This document shows, one piece after another, positions 27,347 through 35,524 of a stretch of 64,000 nucleotides of DNA (its first letter is position 1; each line of letters begins with the position of its first letter). The stretch is from Clostridia bacterium (GTDB taxonomy: Bacteria; Bacillota; Clostridia; Oscillospirales; CAG-272), in the NCBI GenBank assembly GCA_017540175.1, contig JAFYBN010000014.1, positions 39,010-103,009 on the forward strand, written 5' to 3'. The notes below the pieces were generated by a model, which was not told the DNA's origin, did not search any database, and was given only the letters and a program-made list of their open reading frames with translations. A program made the position numbers and the translations under genes.

Positions 27347-28174
27347 CTACAGGATCGTCAGTTCCCGAACGTTTCCCCGGTCTCCTCTGGCGGTCACATA
27401 CTGCATCGTTCCGCCGGGCAGCCGGCTTTCAAAGCCGAAATGAACATGCCCCGCAAGCACGGCCTTGATTTGTTTTTCCCCATTGACGTATTCCGCAAAG
27501 CGTTTTGTATCCGCGCTCGGCCGCTGCCCGGCGGCGAGGATTTCCGGGTAGGGGATCAGGTGCGCTTCATCGCAGCCCACCAGATAGGCGGAACCGTCAT
27601 GCCAAAAAGCGACGGAGGCGTCATAGAGCGACTGCTCAAAGAGCGGCGCGTGCAAAAACAGAACGACTGGGTATCCTTTTTCGACTTCCATCCTCAGCCG
27701 CTCCGTCTGCCAGTCCTCCACCTGATGGTAAGCGTCGTCGATCCCGACGAAATTGACCCCGCCCACCACACGGGACGTGAACATCAGCTTCACATTCAGC
27801 TCTTTGAGCTTTCCCATGCTGATGAGCCGGTAATTCATGTCCTCGATGCCGCCGTCGCAGCGCCAGTACTCGTGATTGCCGGCGATATAGAGCATTTTTT
27901 CGTGTTTCAGAACGTTCTTTGCGAACGCGATATTGGCTCCGGACGCGAAATCGATCAGATCCCCCGTATGAACGATCAGATCGCAGTGCTCCGTCCCGTA
28001 CGCCATTTCTTCCGCCAAGGCTTCGAGGGCCGCTTCCCGACTGCGCTTCTTCCCTTTCGCCGCGATCTCCGGGCTGTCGTTTTCATCGTACAGCGGAAGA
28101 TGATTGTCCGTGATATGCAGCACGGTCAAAGGTTTTGCGAGACCGATTTCAAGAACCGTCTTTTCAATGTTCAT
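27347..28174 (-). CDS. Metallophosphoesterase
   Basis: 275 aa. LHITDNH, HTGDL, GNHE motifs. Confidence 0.8.
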   Translation of the reverse strand: MNIEKTVLEIGLAKPLTVLHITDNHLPLYDENDSPEIAAKGKKRSREAALEALAEEMAYGTEHCDLIVHTGDLIDFASGANIAFAKNVLKHEKMLYIAGNHEYWRCDGGIEDMNYRLISMGKLKELNVKLMFTSRVVGGVNFVGIDDAYHQVEDWQTERLRMEVEKGYPVVLFLHAPLFEQSLYDASVAFWHDGSAYLVGCDEAHLIPYPEILAAGQRPSADTKRFAEYVNGEKQIKAVLAGHVHFGFESRLPGGTMQYVTARGDRGNVRELTIL

Positions 28175-28257
28175 GTTTTGTTCTCCCCATTCGATTGTGT
28201 ACGGACCGGATCACGGCCGTGCATTGGATCGTGGTGCGCCCCGCGCCCGAATAACGC

Positions 28258-28312
28258 AAAAAAGGCGATCCCCTCCTGGGAAGGAGTTTCCCTTCCCGGC
28301 GGACGGGGATCG
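28258..28312 (-). terminator. Compound hairpin terminator of the DUF2284 gene
   Basis: Minus strand cgatcccc..gggaagg-gaaact-ccttccc..ggggatcg, followed by ccttttttg. Confidence 0.65.
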
Positions 28313-28327
28313 TTGACCTTTGGCGGC

Positions 28328-28864
28328 TTATTCCAGCAAAAAACATGCCGAATACGTCATGGTGCCTCTGCCGTGGTTGTACGGAATGCCGCAGTCCCGG
28401 CACACCTGCGTCACGAACAGACCGAATCCCTCCATCGAATAAACCATTTTGTCGGGGAAGCGGCAGGGATGATCCGGGTAGGTGCACTCCTTGCAGTTTT
28501 TACAGCCTCCCGCACCGAGCGCGAGCAAATCGGGCCAGACTTCTCTGAGACGCTGATAAAGCCGTCCGAAATTCTCTCCGTGACGCTTTCCGAGCTCCTG
28601 TATGCCTTCCCAGTCGAAATCGTCCTCCAGCGTCTGCACGCTTTGAACGAGCAAGCCTCTCTTGTACTTTGCGAGAATCCTCCGGCTCTCTTCCAGATCC
28701 CCGAACGCGGGCGGGCAGGCCCAGGTCTTGTTGTACTGACCACAGCGGTTCGCCACGCAGGCGTCGCGGACATCCTGAAGAACTTCGAGCTTCGTCGCGT
28801 CCATCGGAGCCGCACAGTCGAATCCGTATTCCTCGGCGAGGGTAAGCAGTTCCTGATCCGTCAT
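28328..28864 (-). CDS. DUF2284 domain-containing metal-binding protein
   Basis: 178 aa. C..NRCGQYNKTWACPP plus a second Cys cluster GCKNCKECTYP. Confidence 0.8.
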   Translation of the reverse strand: MTDQELLTLAEEYGFDCAAPMDATKLEVLQDVRDACVANRCGQYNKTWACPPAFGDLEESRRILAKYKRGLLVQSVQTLEDDFDWEGIQELGKRHGENFGRLYQRLREVWPDLLALGAGGCKNCKECTYPDHPCRFPDKMVYSMEGFGLFVTQVCRDCGIPYNHGRGTMTYSACFLLE

Positions 28865-28959
28865 GATCCCTTCTCCTTCACAAACCGGCTGCCATATGGG
28901 CGGAGGGAAATTCTGCGCTCCCCCGGTCAGCCGGGATCCCCGAAAACTTGAGTTTTCTT

Positions 28960-28989
28960 ATTATACACTCCCCCGGTCCCCGCTGTCAA
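28960..28989 (-). promoter_or_regulatory. SigA-type promoter of the DUF2284 gene
   Basis: Minus strand TTGACA (28989-28984), 18 nt, TATAAT (28965-28960). Confidence 0.55.
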
Positions 28990-29154
28990 TAGGGAGAGGT
29001 GCTTTGGGGAGCAAAAAGCCGCTTCCCGACGGAATGCGGTTTTTGCGCTGCAGCCGTGCCTTCGGAGCGAGCGGCAGAAATGCCTCACGGAGATCAAACG
29101 TGCGGTTTTGCGCCCGACCTTTTTCATCCTCTCCGCGGGTCGGGGTCCGCGCGG

Positions 29155-30330
29155 TCAATCCGCCTTTCGGATCAGCTCGCTCCCCGGTATGCCCGCGTAG
29201 GCGTAATTCCGGATCAGACCGTGCCACGTGTACCACGGGGAGCCCGCTTCGTGCTGGGCGTAGAAAATGCCGACGCCGGTTTCCGGGTCCGCCAGCAGAT
29301 AGCAGCCGAGCGCGCCGTCCCAGCCGAATTCGCCTTTTCGGCTCAGGGAGTTGTTCCGCTCCGGGTCGAGCAGGGTGCGGACGCCGAGCCCGTACCCGTA
29401 TCCAGCCTTGCTCCAGCCCCCCATCGCGTCAAAGTCCCGCATCGCGTCGGGGCCGAGCTGGTTCGTTTGCAGGAGGCGGATCGATTCCTCCGAGAGGATT
29501 TGTGCGCCGTTTGCGGCCCTGCCGCCGCAGGAGAGCATGGCGGCCAGCTTCGCGTAGTCCCGGACGGAGGAGATCAGCCCGCCGCCGCCCGAACGGTAGA
29601 GCGGTCCCATGCCCATGTCGACGCCTTCCCGGCGGATCACGGCGCGCGCCCGCCCGGTTTTGCCGTCGAAGCCGTGATACTCCGGCGCAAGGCGCGTTCT
29701 CTGTTCGGCGTTCAAAACAAAGCCCGTGTCGTCCATGCCGAGCGGATCGAAGAGCTCCCTTTTCAGGATTTCGGGATAGGGGATGCCCGCCGCCTCCTCC
29801 ATCACCGCCGCCAGGACGTCGTGACAAAAGCTGTAGCGGAAATGCGTCCCCGGCTCGAACAGAAGAGGGACTTCGGCAAGCGCGGCGACCGCCTGTCGGG
29901 TCGTGGGTCTGCCGTCCGTCTCCCGGAGCATGCGCTTCACGGGCTCCGCCGTCCCGTCGTAGGAAAAGCCCGCGGTCATGGACATGAGGTGCCGCACGAG
30001 CATGACGTTTTCCGCGGGGGCTGCACTCCCGTCCTCCCGCCGCACCGTCATCCGTCCGAGTTCGGGAAGATATTCGGACGCGGGCGCGTCGAGGGAGAGG
30101 ACGCCTTTTTCGATGAGGCGCATCGCTGCCGTCACCGTGGAGATCTTCGTCGCGGAATAGAGATTGACGAGCGTGTCCTCGTCAAACGGGACGCCACGCT
30201 CCACATCCCGGAGGCCGGCGAAATGCCGGTGCACGATCTCCCCGTTCAGGCTGACCGCGCAGCCGAGACCGGGAATGTTCTTTTCTTTGTAAAAGGAATC
30301 GAGATAGCGGTCAAATGCGGAAAAATCCAT
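29155..30330 (-). CDS. Serine hydrolase, beta-lactamase (class C-like) family
   Basis: 391 aa. The SxxK motif appears as YSATK. Typical EstB/AmpC-like length. Confidence 0.8.
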   Translation of the reverse strand: MDFSAFDRYLDSFYKEKNIPGLGCAVSLNGEIVHRHFAGLRDVERGVPFDEDTLVNLYSATKISTVTAAMRLIEKGVLSLDAPASEYLPELGRMTVRREDGSAAPAENVMLVRHLMSMTAGFSYDGTAEPVKRMLRETDGRPTTRQAVAALAEVPLLFEPGTHFRYSFCHDVLAAVMEEAAGIPYPEILKRELFDPLGMDDTGFVLNAEQRTRLAPEYHGFDGKTGRARAVIRREGVDMGMGPLYRSGGGGLISSVRDYAKLAAMLSCGGRAANGAQILSEESIRLLQTNQLGPDAMRDFDAMGGWSKAGYGYGLGVRTLLDPERNNSLSRKGEFGWDGALGCYLLADPETGVGIFYAQHEAGSPWYTWHGLIRNYAYAGIPGSELIRKAD

Positions 30331-30470
30331 ATTCCCTGCTCCTTTTTTCGGAAGTCGCTCGGGTTGACGCTCAGCTGCGCGCGGGCGAGCCTCCCGCTGT
30401 GTTCGCGTGCCGGATGGGATGCGCCGCCCTTCGCCTCTCGGTTGGTCGGTCGGTCGGCTTTCGGCCGGTT

Positions 30471-31349
30471 TCAGTCCGCCGTGAAAAAGGGTCTGTCCCG
30501 GACGGTTTCGAGATGCGCCTCAAGGAGCCGCCGGTCGGCCTCGGAGAACGGGTGCGCGAGAAAATCTTCGATGTTTTCCGCGCCGAAGCGGAAATGCCCG
30601 AAATTCCCGGGCGGGACGATGGCGTCCACGCCGAGGGAAAGTGCGTATTTCACCGCGGCGATGAGCAGGTCGGTCTGGGTCTCGGTATCGAAGGGCTTGC
30701 ACCAGGATTTCGGGTACTTCGACGCGTGGTGCTCAGCATCGTCGGTCCACGCCCGCTCGATCATCGATTTCATGCAGAGCACGCCCACGCCCCGCTCCTT
30801 CGCCGCGCGAAGCAGCCGGTCGCCCATGCCGTACGCCATGTTCATATGCCAGTTGAAGGGAAAGAGCACGGTGTCAAAATCGTACAGCTCGAGGCACCGA
30901 AGCGCGGCGGCTTCCGAATGGGCGGTGATCCCCAGCTTCCGGGCGATCCCCTTTTCCTTCATTTCGACCATCAGCTCCATGACGCCGCCGGGACCGAACG
31001 CGCGGTCCACGTCCTCCATCGAGGAGATGCCGTGCATCTGGTACACGTCGAAATGATCGGTATGGAGCATCTCAAGGGAGCGGAGCATTTCAGCCTCGGC
31101 TTCCCTGCGCATCCGCTGACCGGTCTTGCAGGCGAGATAAATGTCCCGCCGAAAAGGGACGAGCGAATTGCCGAGCTTTTCCTGCGCGTCGCCGTAGGAG
31201 GGCGCGATGTCGAAGTAGTTCACGCCCCGCTCGATTGCCCACGCCACATAGCGGTCGGAGTTCTCCTGGCCGTCCCGCTGGGAGACGATCCCGCCGTAGA
31301 CGACGCGGGAGATCTCGTATCCGGTTTTTCCGAGCGTTGTCTTTTTCAT
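30471..31349 (-). CDS. Aldo/keto reductase
   Basis: 292 aa. LGKTGYEISRVVYGG...NYFDIAPSYGDAQ. Confidence 0.8.
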   Translation of the reverse strand: MKKTTLGKTGYEISRVVYGGIVSQRDGQENSDRYVAWAIERGVNYFDIAPSYGDAQEKLGNSLVPFRRDIYLACKTGQRMRREAEAEMLRSLEMLHTDHFDVYQMHGISSMEDVDRAFGPGGVMELMVEMKEKGIARKLGITAHSEAAALRCLELYDFDTVLFPFNWHMNMAYGMGDRLLRAAKERGVGVLCMKSMIERAWTDDAEHHASKYPKSWCKPFDTETQTDLLIAAVKYALSLGVDAIVPPGNFGHFRFGAENIEDFLAHPFSEADRRLLEAHLETVRDRPFFTAD

Positions 31350-31350
31350 T

Positions 31351-31794
31351 TTAACCCTCCGTCTTCCGGATAAACGCGTTCTGCAGGGATTCCTTGCCCA
31401 TCTGCATGATCTCGATGCGGTTGCCGTCCGGGTCGTGCGTCCAGCACTGCAGATTGCCGTCGGAGCCGGACTTCACGTCGGCGTCGAGGGGATAGCCGGA
31501 GGCCTTGATGTTTTCGGCAACGCGGCCGATGTCCTCCGTGAGCAGGCACAGGTGGTCGCTCCCGATCCGTCCGGTCTGCTTCGGCGCGTCCGGCGCGCTG
31601 TAAAACAGCTCGACGAACTGTCCGCCGCCCGCGTAAAGGTAGACGATCCACGGGTTCCCCCTGTGATCCGCAAGATCGAAGGCTTTTTCAAAGCCAAGCG
31701 CCTCCCGGTAGAATTTCAGCGACGCCTCCATGTCCGAGACATTGTACGCTGTGTGTGCCAGCCCGAGGATCAGGCGTTTTCCGTTTTCGTTCAT
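31351..31794 (-). CDS. VOC family protein (glyoxalase/bleomycin-resistance fold)
   Basis: 147 aa. LAHTAYNVSDMEASLKFYREALGF...DPDGNRIEI. Confidence 0.8.
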   Translation of the reverse strand: MNENGKRLILGLAHTAYNVSDMEASLKFYREALGFEKAFDLADHRGNPWIVYLYAGGGQFVELFYSAPDAPKQTGRIGSDHLCLLTEDIGRVAENIKASGYPLDADVKSGSDGNLQCWTHDPDGNRIEIMQMGKESLQNAFIRKTEG

Positions 31795-32037
31795 GCTTGC
31801 TTCCTCCCTGTGTCGGTTCTCTTTTTTTCGATTTTATCACAGCCGACCCTTGCTTTTGGTGGATAAAACGTGAAGTTTCCATGAAAACGAAGCGGAGCCC
31901 TTTCGGATGGAATCGATCCTCGCCGCCAACGACGGCTGAATGAAGGTGAACAGCGAGGAGGGCGCGTTTACGACGGAGTTTCTTGTCCCCGCATTGCCGC
32001 AAAAAACCTGATGTTCGTGCCGTACGCGAATCTTCGC

Positions 32038-32066
32038 TTGCCAAAGCGGACGGATTGTGATATAAT
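32038..32066 (+). promoter_or_regulatory. Extended -10 SigA promoter in front of the DinJ-like remnant
   Basis: TTGCCA (32038-32043), 17 nt, TGaTATAAT (32058-32066). Confidence 0.55.
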
Positions 32067-32102
32067 ACCTGCGGAAAGAATGCAAAAACAAATCCGGAGG
32101 GC

Positions 32103-32246
32103 ATGACGAACGATCAGGTTTTGATTCAATTCCGCGCGGTCAGGAAGCTGAAACAGGACGTGACGGAGCTCTTTGAAAGCCCCGGCACGGATCTGCCGAC
32201 AGCGCTGAGGATGCATACGAGCATGAGCCGCATGAAGCCCCGTTAG
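32103..32246 (+). pseudogene. RelB/DinJ-like antitoxin remnant (truncated or frameshifted)
   Basis: The 47-aa ORF MTNDQVLIQFRAVRKLKQDVTELFESPGTDLPTALRMHTS... resembles the RHH N-terminus of DinJ. A PLEVTVPG-like continuation is only found in another frame. No intact toxin gene lies downstream. Confidence 0.4.
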
Positions 32247-32627
32247 AAGTCACCGTACCGGGGTATGCGGAAATCACGCCGCGGGAAGACGGACGGAGCC
32301 CCGCGAGTCGTTTGGACGGCTGCGCGCGGACGCCATACCGGAGGACATCCGCAAAGGTCTGTTTGAATTTCCGTGCTGCCATCCGTAAACAGGAAACAAT
32401 ATTTCGTGCGGCAGGAATGCGGATAGAAAAGCAGGGGTACCGGCATAAAGAATCTGCCTCCGCAGACAGACCTGTTGTTCATCCGGCCGCTGAGTTCCAA
32501 GAAACCAACTTTAGGCTGACCGTCTTGGGAATCAGGCACAAATGAAAGCTTGAGAGCTTTGAAATACGATCCCGTCCCGCGCAGTCGGCGGAGGGAGAGA
32601 AAAAATCCAAATAAAGGAGTATGCCCC

Positions 32628-35240
32628 ATGGACGAAAGAGAGTTTACCTGCGGAGATTATAGGTATACGCTTGCCGACGACGGCGGGGCGGTGATTGAGA
32701 AATACAGAGGGGAGGAAGCCGGGGAGCTGGAAATCCCGGCGGAGTTGGACGGGCACCGGGTCACGGCGATCGGCAAAGATGCGTTCAGCTGCTGCAGCAG
32801 TCTGACCGACGTGACCATTCCCGACAGCGTGAAAAAGATCGGCGATATCGCCTTCGAATTCTGCGGCTGCCTGGCTTCCGTAACCATTCCCGACAGCGTC
32901 ACGGAAATCGGCGACGGTGCGTTTGGCGGATGCGATATGCTCTCAGAGTTCCACATCTCTCCGCGTCATCCCGTATTCAGCATTATGAACAACGCGCTTG
33001 TCCACAGGGCTGAAAAACGTCTGCTCTGCGTTCCCGGCGCATTCACCGGTCATTATGATATTCCCCGCGGCATTCATATCATTGGTAACTGCGCGGTCTT
33101 CGGATGTAAAAGTCTGACCGACGTGACCATTCCCGACACCGTCACGAAAATCGGCGAAAGCGCGTTCACTCTTTGCATAAACCTCGAATCCGTTATCATT
33201 CCCGACAGCGTCACGGAAATCGGCAGCGGCGCGTTTTATGAATGCCACAGCCTGACCGACGTGACCATTCCCGCCGGCGTTAAGGAAATCGGCTACTGTG
33301 TGTTCGGAGGCTGCAGCAGCCTGACCGACGTGACCATTCCCTCCGGTGTCACTAAAATCGACGACAGCGCATTCTGTCACTGCAGCAGTCTGACCCGCGT
33401 AACCATCCCTGACAGCGTCACGAAAATCTGTAGATCCGCGTTCGCTGATTGCAACAGTCTGACTCGTTTGACCATTCCCGACAGCATTGAGGAAATCGGC
33501 ATCTTTGCATTCCAGAACTGCACCAGACTGACCGACGTGACCATTCCCGACAGTGTCACGAAAATCGGCATCTACGCGTTCGAGAACTGCATCAGACTGA
33601 CCGCTGTGACCATTCCCTCCAGTGTCACAAAAATCAACAACCACGTATTCTGCGGCTGCAAAGGTCTGACCGCCGTGACCATTCCCTCGGGCGTCACGGA
33701 AATCGGCAATGACGCGTTTTCCGGATGCAGAAGCCTGACTGATGTGACCATTCCCTCCAGCGTTAAAGAGATCGGCAATGGCGCGTTTAAAAGCTGCAGA
33801 AGCCTGACTGACGTGACCATTCCCTCCAGCGTTAAAGAGATCGGCAATGGCGCGTTCAAAAGCTGCAGCAGCCTGACTGACGTGACCATTCCGGACAGCG
33901 TCACGGTGATCGGCGGCAGCGCGTTCGAACTCTGCTCAAGCCTGACCGCCGTGACCATTCCCTCGGGCGTCACGGTGATCGGCGAAGGCGTGTTCAAAAG
34001 CTGCAGCAGCCTGACCGACGTGACCATTCCCCCGGGTGTCACGGTGATCGGCGAAGGCAAGTTCAAAAGCTGCACAAGCCTGACCGACGTGACCATTCCC
34101 TCGGGCGTCACCAAGATCGGCAACTGCGCTTTTTCCGGATGCAGAAGCCTGACCGACGTTACCATTCCCTCGGGCGTTAAAGAGATCGGCAACGGCGCGT
34201 TCGAATCCTGCGGCAGCCTGGTCTCCGTAACCATTCCCTCGGGCGTCACGGAAATCGGTGACGGCGCTTTTTCCGGATGCGATATGCTGACCGAGTTCAA
34301 CGTCTCTCCGCGTCATCCCGTATTCAGCATTATGAACAGCGCGCTTGTCCACAGGGCTGAAAAACGTCTGCTCTGCGTTCCCGGCGCATTCACCGGTCAT
34401 TATGATATTCCCCGCGGCATTTATGTCATTGGTTACGGCGCGTTTTTTGGAAACAGCAGCCTGACAGGTGTGAACATTCCCGTCGGCGTTAAAGAGATTG
34501 GCGACTGTGCGTTCGAAGGCTGCACAAGCCTGACCGATGTGACCATTTCCTCGGGCGTTACGGTGATCGGCGACTGCGCGTTCAAAAGCTGCAGCAGCCT
34601 GACCGACGTGACCATTCCCTCGGGCGTTAAAGAGATCGGCAACGGCGCGTTCGAAGGCTGCACAAGCCTGACCGACGTGACCATTCCCTCGGGCGTTAAA
34701 GAGATCGGCAACGGCGCGTTCGAAGGCTGCACAAGCCTGACCGACGTGACCATTCCCTCGGGCGTTAAAGAGATCGGCAATGGCGCGTTTGAATACTGCG
34801 ACAGCCTGGTCTCCGCAACCATTCTCTCCGGCGTCACGGAAATCGGCGACTATGCGTTCGGAGGCTGCAGCAGCCTGGTCTCCGTAACCATTCCCTCCAG
34901 CGTTAAAGAGATCGGCAATGAGGCGTTCGAATTCTGCCGCAGCCTGACCGACGTAACCATTCCCTCCAGCGTCACGGTGATCGCTCGAAACGCGTTCAAA
35001 TTCTGCAGCAGCCTGACCGCCGTGACCATTCCCTCCGGTGTCACAAAAATTGACGACTACGCATTCTGGAACTGCAGCAGCCTGACCGACGTGACCATTC
35101 CCTCCAGCGTTTATGAGATCGGCGACCACGCGTTCTTGGAATGTCCCATCCGGACCGCCGTCGTCGACAGGGGCTCTTACGCGGAGAAGTACTGTACAGA
35201 AAACAACATCCCCTTCGTCTGCGCCGATGAAAAGGCATAA
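32628..35240 (+). CDS. BspA-like leucine-rich repeat protein (LRR_5 type), no signal peptide
   Basis: Start at MDEREFTCGDYRY (ATG 32628, RBS aaggag). 870 aa. Tens of about 23-aa units of the form SLT.VTIP.SV..IG..AF..C. Two-module architecture. Confidence 0.85.
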   Translation: MDEREFTCGDYRYTLADDGGAVIEKYRGEEAGELEIPAELDGHRVTAIGKDAFSCCSSLTDVTIPDSVKKIGDIAFEFCGCLASVTIPDSVTEIGDGAFGGCDMLSEFHISPRHPVFSIMNNALVHRAEKRLLCVPGAFTGHYDIPRGIHIIGNCAVFGCKSLTDVTIPDTVTKIGESAFTLCINLESVIIPDSVTEIGSGAFYECHSLTDVTIPAGVKEIGYCVFGGCSSLTDVTIPSGVTKIDDSAFCHCSSLTRVTIPDSVTKICRSAFADCNSLTRLTIPDSIEEIGIFAFQNCTRLTDVTIPDSVTKIGIYAFENCIRLTAVTIPSSVTKINNHVFCGCKGLTAVTIPSGVTEIGNDAFSGCRSLTDVTIPSSVKEIGNGAFKSCRSLTDVTIPSSVKEIGNGAFKSCSSLTDVTIPDSVTVIGGSAFELCSSLTAVTIPSGVTVIGEGVFKSCSSLTDVTIPPGVTVIGEGKFKSCTSLTDVTIPSGVTKIGNCAFSGCRSLTDVTIPSGVKEIGNGAFESCGSLVSVTIPSGVTEIGDGAFSGCDMLTEFNVSPRHPVFSIMNSALVHRAEKRLLCVPGAFTGHYDIPRGIYVIGYGAFFGNSSLTGVNIPVGVKEIGDCAFEGCTSLTDVTISSGVTVIGDCAFKSCSSLTDVTIPSGVKEIGNGAFEGCTSLTDVTIPSGVKEIGNGAFEGCTSLTDVTIPSGVKEIGNGAFEYCDSLVSATILSGVTEIGDYAFGGCSSLVSVTIPSSVKEIGNEAFEFCRSLTDVTIPSSVTVIARNAFKFCSSLTAVTIPSGVTKIDDYAFWNCSSLTDVTIPSSVYEIGDHAFLECPIRTAVVDRGSYAEKYCTENNIPFVCADEKA
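33727..33864 (+). repeat. Intragenic 2 x 69-bp near-identical tandem repeat (LRR units)
   Basis: Period 69 nt (33727 and 33796) with 2 mismatches seen by eye. Confidence 0.8.
34598..34804 (+). repeat. Intragenic 3 x 69-bp tandem repeat (first two units identical)
   Basis: The unit cctgaccgacgtgaccattccctcgggcgttaaagagatcggcaacggcgcgttcgaaggctgcacaag starts at 34598, 34667 and 34736. Confidence 0.85.
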
Positions 35241-35282
35241 CCGCCGGGAACGGACAGACATCCGAAAAAAGGAGTATGCCCC

Positions 35283-35524
35283 ATGGACGAAAGAGAATTT
35301 ACCTGCGGAGATTATAGGTATACGCTTGCCGACGACGGCGGGGCTGTGATTGAGAAATACCTCGCAGAAGACAATAAGCTGAAAATCCCGGCGGAGCCGG
35401 ACGGGCACCGGCTCACGGCGATCGGCAAGTACGCGTTTTTCGACTGCAGCCTGACCGATGTGACCATCCCCTCCAGCGTTAACAAAATCGGCGAGAGTGC
35501 GTTCTCAAGCCGCGACAACCTGTT
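35283..35524 (+). pseudogene. Truncated BspA-like LRR paralog (5' fragment only)
   Basis: 35269..35360 duplicates 32614..32705 (RBS plus the first 26 codons, 2 mismatches). LRR similarity stops near 35520, where the tRNA-associated repeat array begins. The track ORF 35283..35975 simply reads through the array. Confidence 0.65.

Noticed and set aside
29013-29045. A recurrent tcccgac / gtcggga motif in hairpins (3997..4012, 29022, and the loops of the three hairpins in the tRNA-Leu array), which could indicate a shared element.
   Set aside because: In each case the motif can be explained as an extension of a GC-rich terminator stem (ttcc-cgac-ggaa). There are too few copies and they are too short to claim a family from this window alone. 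It is noted as context for the arrays only.
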